Source of the DNA: Escherichia phage TR2
Direction: 5' to 3' (one strand)
Length of the DNA: 45,171 nt
Sequence record: OP251154.1
Part shown: positions 23,758 through 34,045 of the stretch, in pieces
Position numbering within the stretch: position 1 is the first letter of the stretch
Layout: each line of letters starts with the position of its first letter
Notes under the pieces: generated by a model
The model's database searches: none
The model's input: only the letters and a program-made list of their open reading frames with translations
Told to the model about the DNA's origin: nothing
Translations under genes and position numbers: made by a program

Positions 23758-24713
23758 TGGGTCAAGGTATCTACATAAACCTTAATGATGGAAGGCCGGC
23801 AATGGAGATAACATCAGGTTTGAGAATTCCAAATGTGACAGGTTCAGTTCCAACGTCAGGTTTCAACTCAGCAAATGGAGGTTTAACTTTCGGTCTTACA
23901 CAAACTAGTGGATCAACTGCATTCATGCTTCCAATTAAAGCGGTTGATGTAGTTGTTTTTGGCGTAGTGCCTGAGGTTTATTACCTAAATGGATTCCAGC
24001 GTGTATCAGACTCACAGGGAAGGATAAATGTTAGTAACTTCAACGGTGCTAGAGGAAGGTTGATAAACTTCTCAGGTAACTGCCTTGAGATAACGGGTGC
24101 TGCAAGTGGGCAGGGAATTTTGGTTGCAAACTCAACTGACTTTGTTTCCATAACAACAAACTCAAGGATACTTACCGCTCAATATGTAGGGACTGTTACA
24201 GTAAATGGTAGTTACAAACTTCCAGTTACTGGAGTTCCTTTTGGGAGGTGGAGTGACCCGAATGTAACTGTTGAATTTGATGGGGACAGCATACTTTGCA
24301 GAAGCAACTCATATACTGGAATTGATAATGTTGGCGCATCTGTAACTATAGATCTCGTTATATTCAATAATACAGCTCCAGTTGGCGGACCTGGAATAAC
24401 TATAGTAAACCCAGCTGGTCAGGTTGTTTTCTCGACAGTTAAGCGTCCATTTGTTCTTGGTGGATTTCTACAGTTAACAAATTCATTCCAGTCAATAGGT
24501 GGTGGGTACTTCCCAATACTTAGAACCGGAGCATACACTCGGGTAACTGGTGGCTATAACAACCTCCGGTATAAAGGTGTCGTTATGTCTGGTGGCTCAG
24601 TTAGGAGTGAGTTCGGAAGCGTTATTGGTAACTACTCAACGAAAACAGGAGCACGGTTCCCATTCAACACAAATATAGCAATGTCACTCCCATACCTTCC
24701 AAACATGTATTAA
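23757..24713 (+). CDS. candidate receptor-binding protein (beta-rich, 318 aa)
   Basis: G/S/T/N/V-rich composition typical of fibre or RBP domains; coupled to the lipoprotein, convergent with gpJ-like gene; start at ATG 23757 after AAGGAG. Confidence 0.45.
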   Translation: MGQGIYINLNDGRPAMEITSGLRIPNVTGSVPTSGFNSANGGLTFGLTQTSGSTAFMLPIKAVDVVVFGVVPEVYYLNGFQRVSDSQGRINVSNFNGARGRLINFSGNCLEITGAASGQGILVANSTDFVSITTNSRILTAQYVGTVTVNGSYKLPVTGVPFGRWSDPNVTVEFDGDSILCRSNSYTGIDNVGASVTIDLVIFNNTAPVGGPGITIVNPAGQVVFSTVKRPFVLGGFLQLTNSFQSIGGGYFPILRTGAYTRVTGGYNNLRYKGVVMSGGSVRSEFGSVIGNYSTKTGARFPFNTNIAMSLPYLPNMY

Positions 24714-24744
24714 AGATAAAGCCCCTTTCGGGGCTTTTATTTTA
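24714..24744. terminator. bidirectional rho-independent terminator
   Basis: A-run, GCCCC-tttc-GGGGC, T-run; between the candidate RBP and gpJ-like gene. Confidence 0.7.
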
Positions 24745-27700
24745 GAACGTACCTACAACAACCCTCCCCCCATTCGCCAGGTTAACAGTGATCCCGTTTC
24801 CGTTAATCTGAACCGTGTTATTAGTGCCGTTGAATGCAAAGTTACCACTGTTGGCGTACAGACTACCCCTTACGGTTGCGTTACTAAACTCGGCGCTACC
24901 TGACTTATCAATCGACCATCCCTGAGATCCAGCAACGTAATTGTTAGACTGAATCCGGTTTCCAATCTTCGCGTTAGTGATTGAACCATCCTGGATTACT
25001 GCGCTCTGGATGAACACCTGATTATTCTCAACCACGAAAGGCAGTGACCACTGACCGGAACCTGAGCTAATGCCGTTACTGATTGCGAACCTGTTAGCAT
25101 CAAAGATAACCTGACTGCGAACATTGCCACCAGAACCGGCTAGCTCCATGCTCATTCCAGAACTGTATTCAACACCATTGTATTTAAGTCCAAGTTTAAC
25201 CCCGTACTGCGCACCAATTGAATCAGCGGTAACGTAGGTGTCCAGCTTCTCATTTAGAGCGGCCTCATTATCACCAAGCCTTGCTGATAATGCAGTGTCA
25301 GCAGTGGTTCTTGCTTGAGTTTCTTCCGCAAGTGCAACGTCAATCCTTGTAAGAGATGCAACAACCTCATCGTCTATCTGTGCTTTAAGCTGCGTAAGAG
25401 CCTCTACACGAGCCTTTTTCTCATCGGCGATAAGATTCACTGCCTGAACAAATTCAGCCTTCCTCTTGCCGTTTTCCTTTGTCATTCTTCGAACGTCACC
25501 TTCATTCGCGAGGGCGTTCTCAATAATTGATTCAGCTTGCGCCTGTATAGCAGAGTTCTTTTCTATGGCATTCTGTTGGAGATACTTGAACCCCTCAGAG
25601 TTCTCTATATCAACCTTTATTTCGCCAATGATAGATTCCACATTATCACTTGCCATTCCACGCACAAAGTCAGTCCACGGAGAGGCGTTACCAATCTTGT
25701 CGATTAGTCGCGCCCTGTACCAGATGACCTTACCTGCAGGTAATGTAGTGTGCCAATACTCGTAGCTCGGGTAAGGAACTAGTGTTAACAAGCTGGCATT
25801 CTCTGGAGAGTAAGTGCCATCACCATTGTCGGCTACTTGCTGCAATTCAGTATATGACGTATCGGCCGAGTTCTCAGGGAAGCCCCACTTAACCCTAATA
25901 CCAAATACTTCATCATCTGAAGCCGTGATTACAGTTGGTGCAGACGGTGTTCCAATTTTACCTGTAAGGCTAGCCGAAGCAATGTCAGACCATGCAGAAA
26001 CGTTTTCAGTATCAGAAACAGCCCTTACGCGAACCTGATAAATTCCAGCATAGATACCTTCAATATCAATCTCTGTATTCGCTGTGCGCGGTACGTTAAT
26101 CCAGTTTCCATTCTCCTTTCTCCATTGGACTGTGTAGGTCTTAGCGTATTGAACCTTATCCCAGGTGATTATCATTGTTTCAACTGATAAACCCTGCACA
26201 ACCTTGCTGTAGCTGCTCACCTGAACATTCTCTGGCGCCAGTAATGTATCTGGTTCAACGATTGACGTTGGTCTGTCCTGAATGTTTACGCCGTAATCAA
26301 TCTCGTCGTATTTGTTCGGGTCGTACTCAACTGCCGTAATCGTGTAGCCAAAAGCATCATCTCCATCGCTATCAGCTTTTTGAATCCCGGTAACAACATA
26401 CTGCTGAAGCGCCAGATTTTCCTTATCAATCGCGAACACAGTATCCGGCTGAGGAGTAAAGCTAAAAGCTGTGTTAAGTTGCAGCGTCATTCCATCTTCA
26501 GATACAGATGCAATTGTCCTGTACTCAGGCATGCCGTCAGGCTTGTTAATTAGAATCCTGTCGCCAGCAGCAGCATCAATTTTAAACGGCACAAAAACCT
26601 GTAACCCACTCACTGACTCGATGCGACCAGAGAGGTTGAGGGTGTAGTTGCTAGACCAGGCCTGGTCATTAACCGCAATCACCTCACCAATCATAGGTAT
26701 CATCCCTTCCAGACCTGTAGTGAAGCTGACTGTCTCACTGCGGAGGTTTGTCTTTAACAGCCATCGACCACGGCGGTTTGCTTCACTCCTGCGAGTGCAC
26801 CCAATGGCTGTCAGGTCAACCGGGTTGTAACCGAAACGCCTTGTTGCCTCCAGTTCGAATACTGGCTCAACATCCTGTTGGTATGAGTTTTCAACGTCAT
26901 CAAACTGAACGTTAGCGACTGTGTACAGTGACTTGTCGCTACCAAACGTGCGGTTAAACAGACCATCAACAACGTTGTCGTTGGTAAAGACGTATGAAGG
27001 CTGGCGTGGCTTATCGACAACAATCCCTATCTGCTCGCCATCATAAAAGGTTAACCCACGGAAGATAGAGCAAATGTCACGGATTACCTGATACGCTTCA
27101 ACCTTCTGCTGAATAACAACGTCGCACAGGTATCTAGGCTCCATCCCACCCTTGCCATCTGGAACCATCTGGTCACAGAACTGCGCAGCTTCATACAGAC
27201 CCCACTTATCAATCGTGATACCAAGCTCACGCTGGTCCAGACCGTAACGCTGATTCGTTACCAGATCGTAAAGAACCCAGGCTGGGTTGTTGGAGTAAGC
27301 CATCTTAAATGTTCCGTTCCAGGTTCCGCTATAAGTCCTTGTCTCTGGGTTGTAGTTGGTCGGAACGCGAATCAACTTCCACCTCTTCTTGATTGAAATC
27401 GTCGGGATTCCGTTAGGGAAGAGGTCAGAACTAAACTCAACGTAAACCAGCGCTGTAAGTGGGTAGCGGAACTTGGCGTCGATTACTTCCTGATAGGTCG
27501 TAATTTGCATGTCGTTAACCAGCGTCGAACTTTCTGAATCTGCCGTGATCTTACGAACCCTCACCAACGCACTCGAGAACTCAGCAGGAAGATTAACCCT
27601 AATGCTCCTGTCGTATCCGCTGGTTGTCTTGCCATTAGCCACGCCTCGAGTGTATTCAGTGTATGTAGCGCCATCAACGGACAGGTCAATCGCATACTCG

Positions 27701-28128
27701 CAAGATGTTCCGTTCAGGTCGCCATTGTTCTCTTGTTTAATTAATCGAGGCCAGAACAGCTTAACCCTGATTGCTGATAGCTGAGTGTTGTTAACGGCAA
27801 TGATGTAAGGTGTTGAGTTGGATATTTCCCTGTTAACCTGCACCTCTGAGTTCGCGCCCTCTAGCCCGGCAATGTAGTCCTGACTCTGTGTGCCTGGGCG
27901 AAATTCTGCCGTTACACCCTCGTAGTTGTATGTTCCATTCTGATTCTGAACCGGAACGTCAGCGAGATACAGATCCTTTAGTGAGAACGAATTATCGACC
28001 TCGCCATCAGAAACGGCCAGTAAAACCTTAACCTTGTTTACAGATATTAGGTTGTCAGGTTGCTCTACAGGCTGGTGCTGCTTCGGTTGCCCGCCCTTAC
28101 TGCCGTAAATTTTAATGTCCTGCGCCAT
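24742..28128 (-). CDS. central tail fibre / host-specificity protein (lambda gpJ-like)
   Basis: 1128 aa; last gene of the gpM-L-K-I-J syntenic block. Confidence 0.8.
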   Translation of the reverse strand: MAQDIKIYGSKGGQPKQHQPVEQPDNLISVNKVKVLLAVSDGEVDNSFSLKDLYLADVPVQNQNGTYNYEGVTAEFRPGTQSQDYIAGLEGANSEVQVNREISNSTPYIIAVNNTQLSAIRVKLFWPRLIKQENNGDLNGTSCEYAIDLSVDGATYTEYTRGVANGKTTSGYDRSIRVNLPAEFSSALVRVRKITADSESSTLVNDMQITTYQEVIDAKFRYPLTALVYVEFSSDLFPNGIPTISIKKRWKLIRVPTNYNPETRTYSGTWNGTFKMAYSNNPAWVLYDLVTNQRYGLDQRELGITIDKWGLYEAAQFCDQMVPDGKGGMEPRYLCDVVIQQKVEAYQVIRDICSIFRGLTFYDGEQIGIVVDKPRQPSYVFTNDNVVDGLFNRTFGSDKSLYTVANVQFDDVENSYQQDVEPVFELEATRRFGYNPVDLTAIGCTRRSEANRRGRWLLKTNLRSETVSFTTGLEGMIPMIGEVIAVNDQAWSSNYTLNLSGRIESVSGLQVFVPFKIDAAAGDRILINKPDGMPEYRTIASVSEDGMTLQLNTAFSFTPQPDTVFAIDKENLALQQYVVTGIQKADSDGDDAFGYTITAVEYDPNKYDEIDYGVNIQDRPTSIVEPDTLLAPENVQVSSYSKVVQGLSVETMIITWDKVQYAKTYTVQWRKENGNWINVPRTANTEIDIEGIYAGIYQVRVRAVSDTENVSAWSDIASASLTGKIGTPSAPTVITASDDEVFGIRVKWGFPENSADTSYTELQQVADNGDGTYSPENASLLTLVPYPSYEYWHTTLPAGKVIWYRARLIDKIGNASPWTDFVRGMASDNVESIIGEIKVDIENSEGFKYLQQNAIEKNSAIQAQAESIIENALANEGDVRRMTKENGKRKAEFVQAVNLIADEKKARVEALTQLKAQIDDEVVASLTRIDVALAEETQARTTADTALSARLGDNEAALNEKLDTYVTADSIGAQYGVKLGLKYNGVEYSSGMSMELAGSGGNVRSQVIFDANRFAISNGISSGSGQWSLPFVVENNQVFIQSAVIQDGSITNAKIGNRIQSNNYVAGSQGWSIDKSGSAEFSNATVRGSLYANSGNFAFNGTNNTVQINGNGITVNLANGGRVVVGTF

Positions 28129-28176
28129 ATCACATTATCCTGTTTTGTTTTCGACTGTTTGTGCCATTCTACACTA

Positions 28177-28206
28177 AATAAAAAACCCGCACTAGGCGGG
28201 CTTTGA
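28177..28206 (-). terminator. rho-independent terminator (minus strand)
   Basis: Minus-strand read GCCCGCC-tagt-GCGGGC followed by T6. Confidence 0.55.
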
Positions 28207-28207
28207 T

Positions 28208-28783
28208 TTATGCAATATCTTGAGCGTAACTGCCGGCGCTAAATACAGAGCCGCCAACGCTTCGGTAGCCATAAGGTAGGCATACTGGATAACCAGCCGC
28301 GACGGTGTTAACCGCAGAGCCAAATGCATATGAAGCCCTGTTTTGTGCGGACTCCTGGTTTCTAAGTCCCGTTGCCTGCGGTGAAAGCAACTGAGCAATA
28401 CCGCCAGCAGCAAGTGAAATGCCAGCACCAAGAACAGCCGTTGCAATACCACCAGTAAAGAAGAAGCTAGCACCAATTAGTGCGGCCCCCAAAACAGTCT
28501 GGAACAGCCCACCACTCTTTCGGCCCTGAGGGATTGGCATGATGCGAATCTCCTTTACGGCCTTAAAGTCTTTAATGCGATGTTCGTTAAGGTTCTTGCC
28601 GTCCGCGAAGATTGCAAACCTGGTATTCTGCCCGACATGGCTCTGCATAAACTCTTTGAATGCTGGAATGTTCACAGATAATGCCCTTAACGCCTCAGGG
28701 ACTGACTCAACGCAAAGTTCATGAATCTTTCCGTACTTCCTGCCAAGAGATAAGCCCAATTTAATTTTAATCAGTCTCTGCAT
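28208..28783 (-). CDS. tail assembly protein (lambda gpI-like)
   Basis: Position after the gpK-like gene; Gly/Ala-rich hydrophobic C-terminus; start set at internal Met with AAGGAG SD. Confidence 0.55.
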   Translation of the reverse strand: MQRLIKIKLGLSLGRKYGKIHELCVESVPEALRALSVNIPAFKEFMQSHVGQNTRFAIFADGKNLNEHRIKDFKAVKEIRIMPIPQGRKSGGLFQTVLGAALIGASFFFTGGIATAVLGAGISLAAGGIAQLLSPQATGLRNQESAQNRASYAFGSAVNTVAAGYPVCLPYGYRSVGGSVFSAGSYAQDIA

Positions 28784-29513
28784 TGTAGTTTGCTCCTTCT
28801 GGTAAATCTTTGTGGCGAACAATGCGAACCGTACGCTCGCGCCAATAATCACTATAGGTATCAACTTTACTCATCTTCCCGTAAAGATGGTGCAAGAATT
28901 TGTTATCGCCAATATAGATTCCTGCGTGATTCGTGGTCTCACTTTGAATCTGCATCATAATCATGGAGCCAACAGGAATATCATCAGTTTCTAGTAGCTC
29001 AAATCCTTCCTTAATCCAATTGTCATCATATATATTTTCACCATACTCCTTGTTCCACCACGGGTAATTAACGCGGTAGTCAGCCAGTTTGACGCCGTGT
29101 TTTGCGTGGAATGCCATAATCAACCCCCAGCAATCAAAGCTACCCAAACCCCACGGCCTTCCTGCTAACGGCATGTCCTCTGGCTCAAGGATTCGCATAT
29201 CACCCTCAGGGTAACTAACAATTACATAAGGAATCTCGCACTCATTGCAACTGCATATATCTGCTGGACTAGGTCTGGTGGTGGCCCCATCCCCAGTGTG
29301 TGAGTGGACAATGTACACAACTCGCTCCTCATCGCTAATCTTCATGTACCCACTGGCATCAAGAATGAATTCATTCTCAGGGTCTTTAGATGTGTTAGTG
29401 ATTCGATGGTACTTCTGAGCCATACCTTTTTGGGTTACTACTCCGCAACATTCATTAGGGTAATCCTCTTTGGCGTGGCGCATGATTTCTAATTTAACTT
29501 TTGGTGTTAGCAT
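28767..29513 (-). CDS. tail tip assembly protein (lambda gpK-like, MPN/JAB plus NlpC/P60)
   Basis: HSHTGDGATTRPSPADICS JAMM-like motif and Cys/His peptidase-like C-terminus; start set at second ATG after ATTGGAG RBS. Confidence 0.7.
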   Translation of the reverse strand: MLTPKVKLEIMRHAKEDYPNECCGVVTQKGMAQKYHRITNTSKDPENEFILDASGYMKISDEERVVYIVHSHTGDGATTRPSPADICSCNECEIPYVIVSYPEGDMRILEPEDMPLAGRPWGLGSFDCWGLIMAFHAKHGVKLADYRVNYPWWNKEYGENIYDDNWIKEGFELLETDDIPVGSMIMMQIQSETTNHAGIYIGDNKFLHHLYGKMSKVDTYSDYWRERTVRIVRHKDLPEGANYNAETD

Positions 29514-29551
29514 TTTGTCTCCAATAAAAAAGGCCAATCTCTCGATTGACC
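29514..29551 (-). terminator. hairpin plus T6 fused to RBS (GGCC-T6-ATTGGAG) before the gpK-like gene
   Basis: Minus-strand read GGTCAATCgagaGATTGGCC, TTTTTT, ATTGGAGACAAA, ATG. Confidence 0.45.
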
Positions 29552-29577
29552 TAGTTTAACACTAATCTTGCTTTGTT

Positions 29578-29787
29578 TTAATCGATATGAGTAAAAATAC
29601 AATCATGGTCCGCAATTAAGCTTAGCATTGATGACTCAGGAAGGTATTCAAGGTGTAGCTTTGTTCCCATGTCATCTTTTATGAATAATTCTGACTCATC
29701 TCCATCGAGATTTAAAGTGTAGATATCACCAATAGTCAAATTCCAGTATTCGCTAGATCTTACGCATTCAATAAATTTACTTTTCAT
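29578..29787 (-). CDS. hypothetical protein (69 aa) inserted between gpL-like and gpK-like genes
   Basis: ORF track; own promoter cassette upstream. Confidence 0.4.
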   Translation of the reverse strand: MKSKFIECVRSSEYWNLTIGDIYTLNLDGDESELFIKDDMGTKLHLEYLPESSMLSLIADHDCIFTHID

Positions 29788-29817
29788 TTCTGTATCCTAT
29801 CGTTTGTGTAAAGTAAC

Positions 29818-29859
29818 TATATACCATCCCTGGCAGTTTGTATTTATCAAAAAATGCTA
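29818..29859 (-). promoter_or_regulatory. operator/-10 promoter cassette
   Basis: Plus 29845-29859 TATCAaaaaaTGCTA, 21-nt spacer, TATATA (plus 29818-29823), leader CACAAACGA. Confidence 0.5.
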
Positions 29860-30615
29860 TTAGTTCTGATTATTCTTAGCTTGTAAACTTGCGGAGGCAC
29901 ACCCCCCAAATGATAGCTGGTTGTTTTCACCAAACCTCAACTTACAGGCATCAACAGTTCCGGCGCAAAAATCTAACCCAGGGTCATCAACCGGATTATT
30001 GTCTTTGTCGAAGTAGCGATTCCCAGCATAATCGCAACCGTTGCCACTGCGATACCATCCACGAGAAGCAAAGTAACATACTGACTGGACTAGCCTCGCT
30101 GGAATATAGATACCATCCATATCAATTGGGCTAGATAACTCAAAAGAGGCAGTCTTGTAGTCAACCTGCTTTGGACGCTCAATAAAGTAAACCATCTTAC
30201 GATAATCGCCATCTGCAATGCTGCCATCATCATTGATATTATCCCTGATAGTAACCCAGATTGTTACCTTCGCCTGAACCATGCCATTGTACTGACGGAT
30301 TAGCGAGGAAACAGCCTGGTCAACGTTTGATAAAGTTAGCGTGAGCTTGTTTGCTTTTCCATCAGATGTAAGGTTGATGCCGCTAATGCCGAAAGGTCTG
30401 GCTCCATACTCTTCGCCACGAAATGTAATTGTCTTGGCTGGTAGTGGCTGACCAGATGCCTGGGCTTGCATGATTTCTTCAGGCGTGTATGAGATATTCT
30501 CCCCATGAAACCTGTAAACCCTTGCGCCGAACTTGCTGCCATCAACCTCAATAAGCGTAACCACTTCACCAGGGAAAAGTGATTGAAGTTGGTTTTCAAA
30601 CTTTACACTTGCCAT
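29860..30615 (-). CDS. minor tail protein (lambda gpL-like)
   Basis: Synteny TMP-M-L-K-I-J; size close to gpL; C-terminal Cys cluster. Confidence 0.65.
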   Translation of the reverse strand: MASVKFENQLQSLFPGEVVTLIEVDGSKFGARVYRFHGENISYTPEEIMQAQASGQPLPAKTITFRGEEYGARPFGISGINLTSDGKANKLTLTLSNVDQAVSSLIRQYNGMVQAKVTIWVTIRDNINDDGSIADGDYRKMVYFIERPKQVDYKTASFELSSPIDMDGIYIPARLVQSVCYFASRGWYRSGNGCDYAGNRYFDKDNNPVDDPGLDFCAGTVDACKLRFGENNQLSFGGCASASLQAKNNQN

Positions 30616-30650
30616 ACTCTCTCCAATAAAAAAGGCCCTCTATGGGCCTT
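30616..30650 (-). terminator. hairpin plus T6 fused to RBS before the gpL-like gene
   Basis: Minus-strand read GGCCCatagaGGGCC, TTTTTT, ATTGGAGAGAGT, ATG. Confidence 0.5.
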
Positions 30651-30653
30651 AGT

Positions 30654-31004
30654 TTAACTCATTGAGGTGAAAACTTCAGTAAATTGCATACTAACAGTCT
30701 GAACTTCTTTCGTGCTTGGCGAGACGCTAATGCTATCCTGCTGAATAACGAACAGTTTTAACTCACCCTGCGGCGTAGTCCACGCGAAAGGTTTTACGAT
30801 GTGATCGAAGCAGAAGTTCATTACTGCTTCCCACTCACGACCAACGTAGCTAACCGTATACGTCCTTTTATTCGTTCTGTAGCCTCCAGTACCACGCTGC
30901 TGAAATCCATTCCCAAATGAGACAACCCTAACATTGTTGGCGTTAGTAAATGAAGAGCCGCCATTGAGAACGTTCAAGCACCAGTTAAAAGTTTGCAATG
31001 CCAT
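30654..31004 (-). CDS. minor tail protein (lambda gpM-like)
   Basis: 116 aa directly downstream of the tape measure gene; synteny. Confidence 0.6.
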   Translation of the reverse strand: MALQTFNWCLNVLNGGSSFTNANNVRVVSFGNGFQQRGTGGYRTNKRTYTVSYVGREWEAVMNFCFDHIVKPFAWTTPQGELKLFVIQQDSISVSPSTKEVQTVSMQFTEVFTSMS

Positions 31005-31035
31005 TTAAAATCCTTAGTGGCCGAAGCCACATTAA

Positions 31036-34008
31036 TTAATTATAACCTCGCAAGAAAGCAAAGGCCCTGCCACCCTGCTGGAATGACTTGCTGATTTCCT
31101 CAGCCACGATAACCTTGACTCCAGATTCTATCGCCTTAGCATCATTACCGCCACCGATTCCAGAATTCACGTTAACAGTGATTCCGCTTACATTAACATT
31201 TGTACCGCCAACAACTCCACCATTAGCATAGCCAGAAGGCCCACCAACAGCGCCACCATTGGCATAACCTCGCATCAGCTTGTACAGGTTCTTAACGCCA
31301 ATCCTGTTGGTTGCTTCTTTGGTGAAAACAAATTCACCTTTGTGCACCGTTCCAGCAGGTTGATACTTCCCACCGTCACCAGTGTAGCCGCCGCCAGCAA
31401 ATCCAAGCGCACTACCAATTGAACCAATTGCGCCGCCAGTGCCACCAAAGCTACTCAAACTTGACTCAATAGCCTTAACAATCAGAAGCTGTGTCGCAAT
31501 CTTCGCAATCATTTTGAGGATGCTTACCGTGAACTCCCTGAAATTAGTCTCACCAGTGGTTACAAGGTTTGTAATCTGGTCGGTAATTCCATCAAAAGCT
31601 GCGACAGTCAAATCCTTAGCAATTTGGTTGAAGTCAGTGTACTTCTCAGTTAAGTCAGCAAGCGTTGAAGTTACACCAGCTTGCCAGTCTGACCTTAGGT
31701 TATCTTCCTGCCTGTAGTATTCTTTTCTTGCTTCCAGCAGATTCTGGAAATCAACATCATCTACAGATCCACCTTTGTTTAACTGATTGGACTCTAGCGC
31801 CTGAAGTTCTCTTGCCCTTTGCCGCTCCCTTTCGGATAGACCAGCAGCAAGTGAAACATTCTTCGCCTCATTGGTAATCTGTATTGTCTTCTTAAGGTTG
31901 TCATCAAGTAACTTGTTTGACCGCTCCTGAAGAACGATTCGGTCACCAAGTTCAGCCTTCTGTTTAGCTTGCTCAAGAATGATATCCTTCTGCGCTAGCA
32001 GTTTGGCTTGAGACTTAGTCAGGCTACCATCAGCATATCTTTGTTCAAGTATTGCAAACTTAGCTTCTTCCTGGAATAGCTGCTTTCGTTCGTTACTTAT
32101 TACATCATTTATCGTCCTATGCTCTTGCAAAGCCTTTAACTGAGCCTGAAGTGCAAGAACACCAGATTCATAAGATAAAGTTAAATCCATTTCTTCTTTT
32201 ACTGCCTTATTCCTCTCGCTCCTCGATTTCTTTATTGCATCAAGCTCGTCTGCTAGCGCTTTCTTCCTTGCTCCGAACTCCTTATCTGTTGATGCATTAT
32301 TCCCGCTCAGGTTAGTGTTATTGTTGCTCTCGACATAACCAAGTTCACCCTTCCTGATTCTCGCGTCTCGCTCAGCTATGCTTTTAGCTAACTCAATGTT
32401 TTGCTTCTTGGCAGCATCGACAATCTTTTGCTGCTCAGCGATTGCTTCATTGCCTAAATCGCCAAGTCCCGGGATTGACTGAAGCGTCTTGGTTGCAGCG
32501 ATAGCAAATTCACCAAGAAGAATGTCGCCTGAGTTTATGAACGACCTTATCTGCTCAATCGTCCCAGCAACAACGTCAGTTATTAAGTTAAGAGCACCAA
32601 GTGTCCTTTTGCCGATATCATCCCAAATATTACTTACAAACTTCCTGAAGCTATTCCATGCACTTTCTAGCGGATTGAGGCTTAGTGCAACATCTTCTAG
32701 CCTGTTTTCCATAACGTTAGCAAATAACTCAGTAGCTGCTGTTACAGCCTCAGTCTCTCCCGCTGTCTTCCTTAAGTTCTCTATGTGTTTTAACTGCCCA
32801 CTTTGAAGGAAGTTAAATTGCTTATCAAGCTCAGCAAGGCCTTTAACAGGGTCTTTTGTAATTTGGTCAAAGTACCCGAGAATGGTCTTTGAATCGGTTG
32901 ATGTTACTGCCGCCCACTGCGCTGTTGCCTTAGTTATCTTGTCTATCTGCGTAAGAGTTAGGTTTCCGTTTGCCACAAGGCTATTGGCTATTTCCTGAAT
33001 AAGTCCGCGAGTAGCTAGTGTTGATCTCTCAATTCCATCAACAACCTGATTTATCTGCGCTGTAGACGTGATAGTTGAGTTGCCAACCAACGTTATCGTA
33101 GATGCTAGTCCTCGAGCATTCTTATCGGCCTGATAAGCCGCAACACCCAAAGCGCCAAGAGCCAGGCCTAGAGTCCCAACAACTGCTGTTAATGGGTTAA
33201 TGGCTGCCAGTGCAAACCTTGCTGTATTTCCAATACCGCCAAAACTATCCTTAATCTGCCCACCCTGTTGGATTGCAACAAGCCAGACTGGCATGCCGCT
33301 AGCAAGGGAAGTTCCGATATCTGTAATCTGAGCGGGTAGCTGGCGAATCGCTTGCTTGTACTGACCGGCGCTTAAACCTGACTTAAGAAAAGCGGAACTC
33401 TGCTTCTGCAACTGAATAGCAGATGCCTCGGCAGCCTTACCAATCCTGTCGATAATAGGCGCAGCTTGGTCACTAACCCCTAGCTGAGCAGCCTTAAGCT
33501 GAAGCAGTTCAGTCCTTGTAAGGCTTGCTGCATTCGCCTCGTTCTCAAGAGATTGAATGAACTTTTGCGCCGCTGCTGTTGCCTTTTCTTTGTCTATTGA
33601 TGCCTGGAGTGCAGCCCGACCTTCCTCGCTAAGAGCAGCTTTAGACCTGTTGAGCTTATTGATTTGAGTTTCAATAACAGAGCCAAGCCTGAAGAATTCT
33701 TCATCAGGAACTATCCCAGATTCAAATGCTTTGTCTAATTCAGTTGCTGCCTTCTGCAACTTCTGGAATTTAGCGGCAGTTGGGTCTATGGCTTTCTGAA
33801 GTGATGCGAAAGATTTGCGCTGTTCCTCAAGCTGCCTTGCAGTGTCCCTTGCTTGAGTCTTGGCTACAAGCTCGGCGTTGATGAAGCTATTGATTCCCGT
33901 TGCAGCTTGCTCGTTTGCTTGCCTGAATTTCTGTAATGATTGCGTACCCTTATCGACCTGAGCGACGTCGACGGCTAGCGTGATACCAGCAATTTCGTTA
34001 GTTGCCAT
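31036..34008 (-). CDS. tail tape measure protein
   Basis: 990 aa, long coiled-coil segments and Gly-rich C-terminus; follows chaperones, precedes gpM-like gene. Confidence 0.85.
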   Translation of the reverse strand: MATNEIAGITLAVDVAQVDKGTQSLQKFRQANEQAATGINSFINAELVAKTQARDTARQLEEQRKSFASLQKAIDPTAAKFQKLQKAATELDKAFESGIVPDEEFFRLGSVIETQINKLNRSKAALSEEGRAALQASIDKEKATAAAQKFIQSLENEANAASLTRTELLQLKAAQLGVSDQAAPIIDRIGKAAEASAIQLQKQSSAFLKSGLSAGQYKQAIRQLPAQITDIGTSLASGMPVWLVAIQQGGQIKDSFGGIGNTARFALAAINPLTAVVGTLGLALGALGVAAYQADKNARGLASTITLVGNSTITSTAQINQVVDGIERSTLATRGLIQEIANSLVANGNLTLTQIDKITKATAQWAAVTSTDSKTILGYFDQITKDPVKGLAELDKQFNFLQSGQLKHIENLRKTAGETEAVTAATELFANVMENRLEDVALSLNPLESAWNSFRKFVSNIWDDIGKRTLGALNLITDVVAGTIEQIRSFINSGDILLGEFAIAATKTLQSIPGLGDLGNEAIAEQQKIVDAAKKQNIELAKSIAERDARIRKGELGYVESNNNTNLSGNNASTDKEFGARKKALADELDAIKKSRSERNKAVKEEMDLTLSYESGVLALQAQLKALQEHRTINDVISNERKQLFQEEAKFAILEQRYADGSLTKSQAKLLAQKDIILEQAKQKAELGDRIVLQERSNKLLDDNLKKTIQITNEAKNVSLAAGLSERERQRARELQALESNQLNKGGSVDDVDFQNLLEARKEYYRQEDNLRSDWQAGVTSTLADLTEKYTDFNQIAKDLTVAAFDGITDQITNLVTTGETNFREFTVSILKMIAKIATQLLIVKAIESSLSSFGGTGGAIGSIGSALGFAGGGYTGDGGKYQPAGTVHKGEFVFTKEATNRIGVKNLYKLMRGYANGGAVGGPSGYANGGVVGGTNVNVSGITVNVNSGIGGGNDAKAIESGVKVIVAEEISKSFQQGGRAFAFLRGYN

Positions 34009-34045
34009 ATTGTCTCCATAATAAAAAAGCCACCCCGAAGGATGG
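34009..34045 (-). terminator. hairpin (UUCG loop) plus T6 fused to RBS before the tape measure gene
   Basis: Minus-strand read AGCCATCC-ttcg-GGGTGGCT, TTTTTT, ATTATGGAGACAAT, ATG. Confidence 0.55.
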
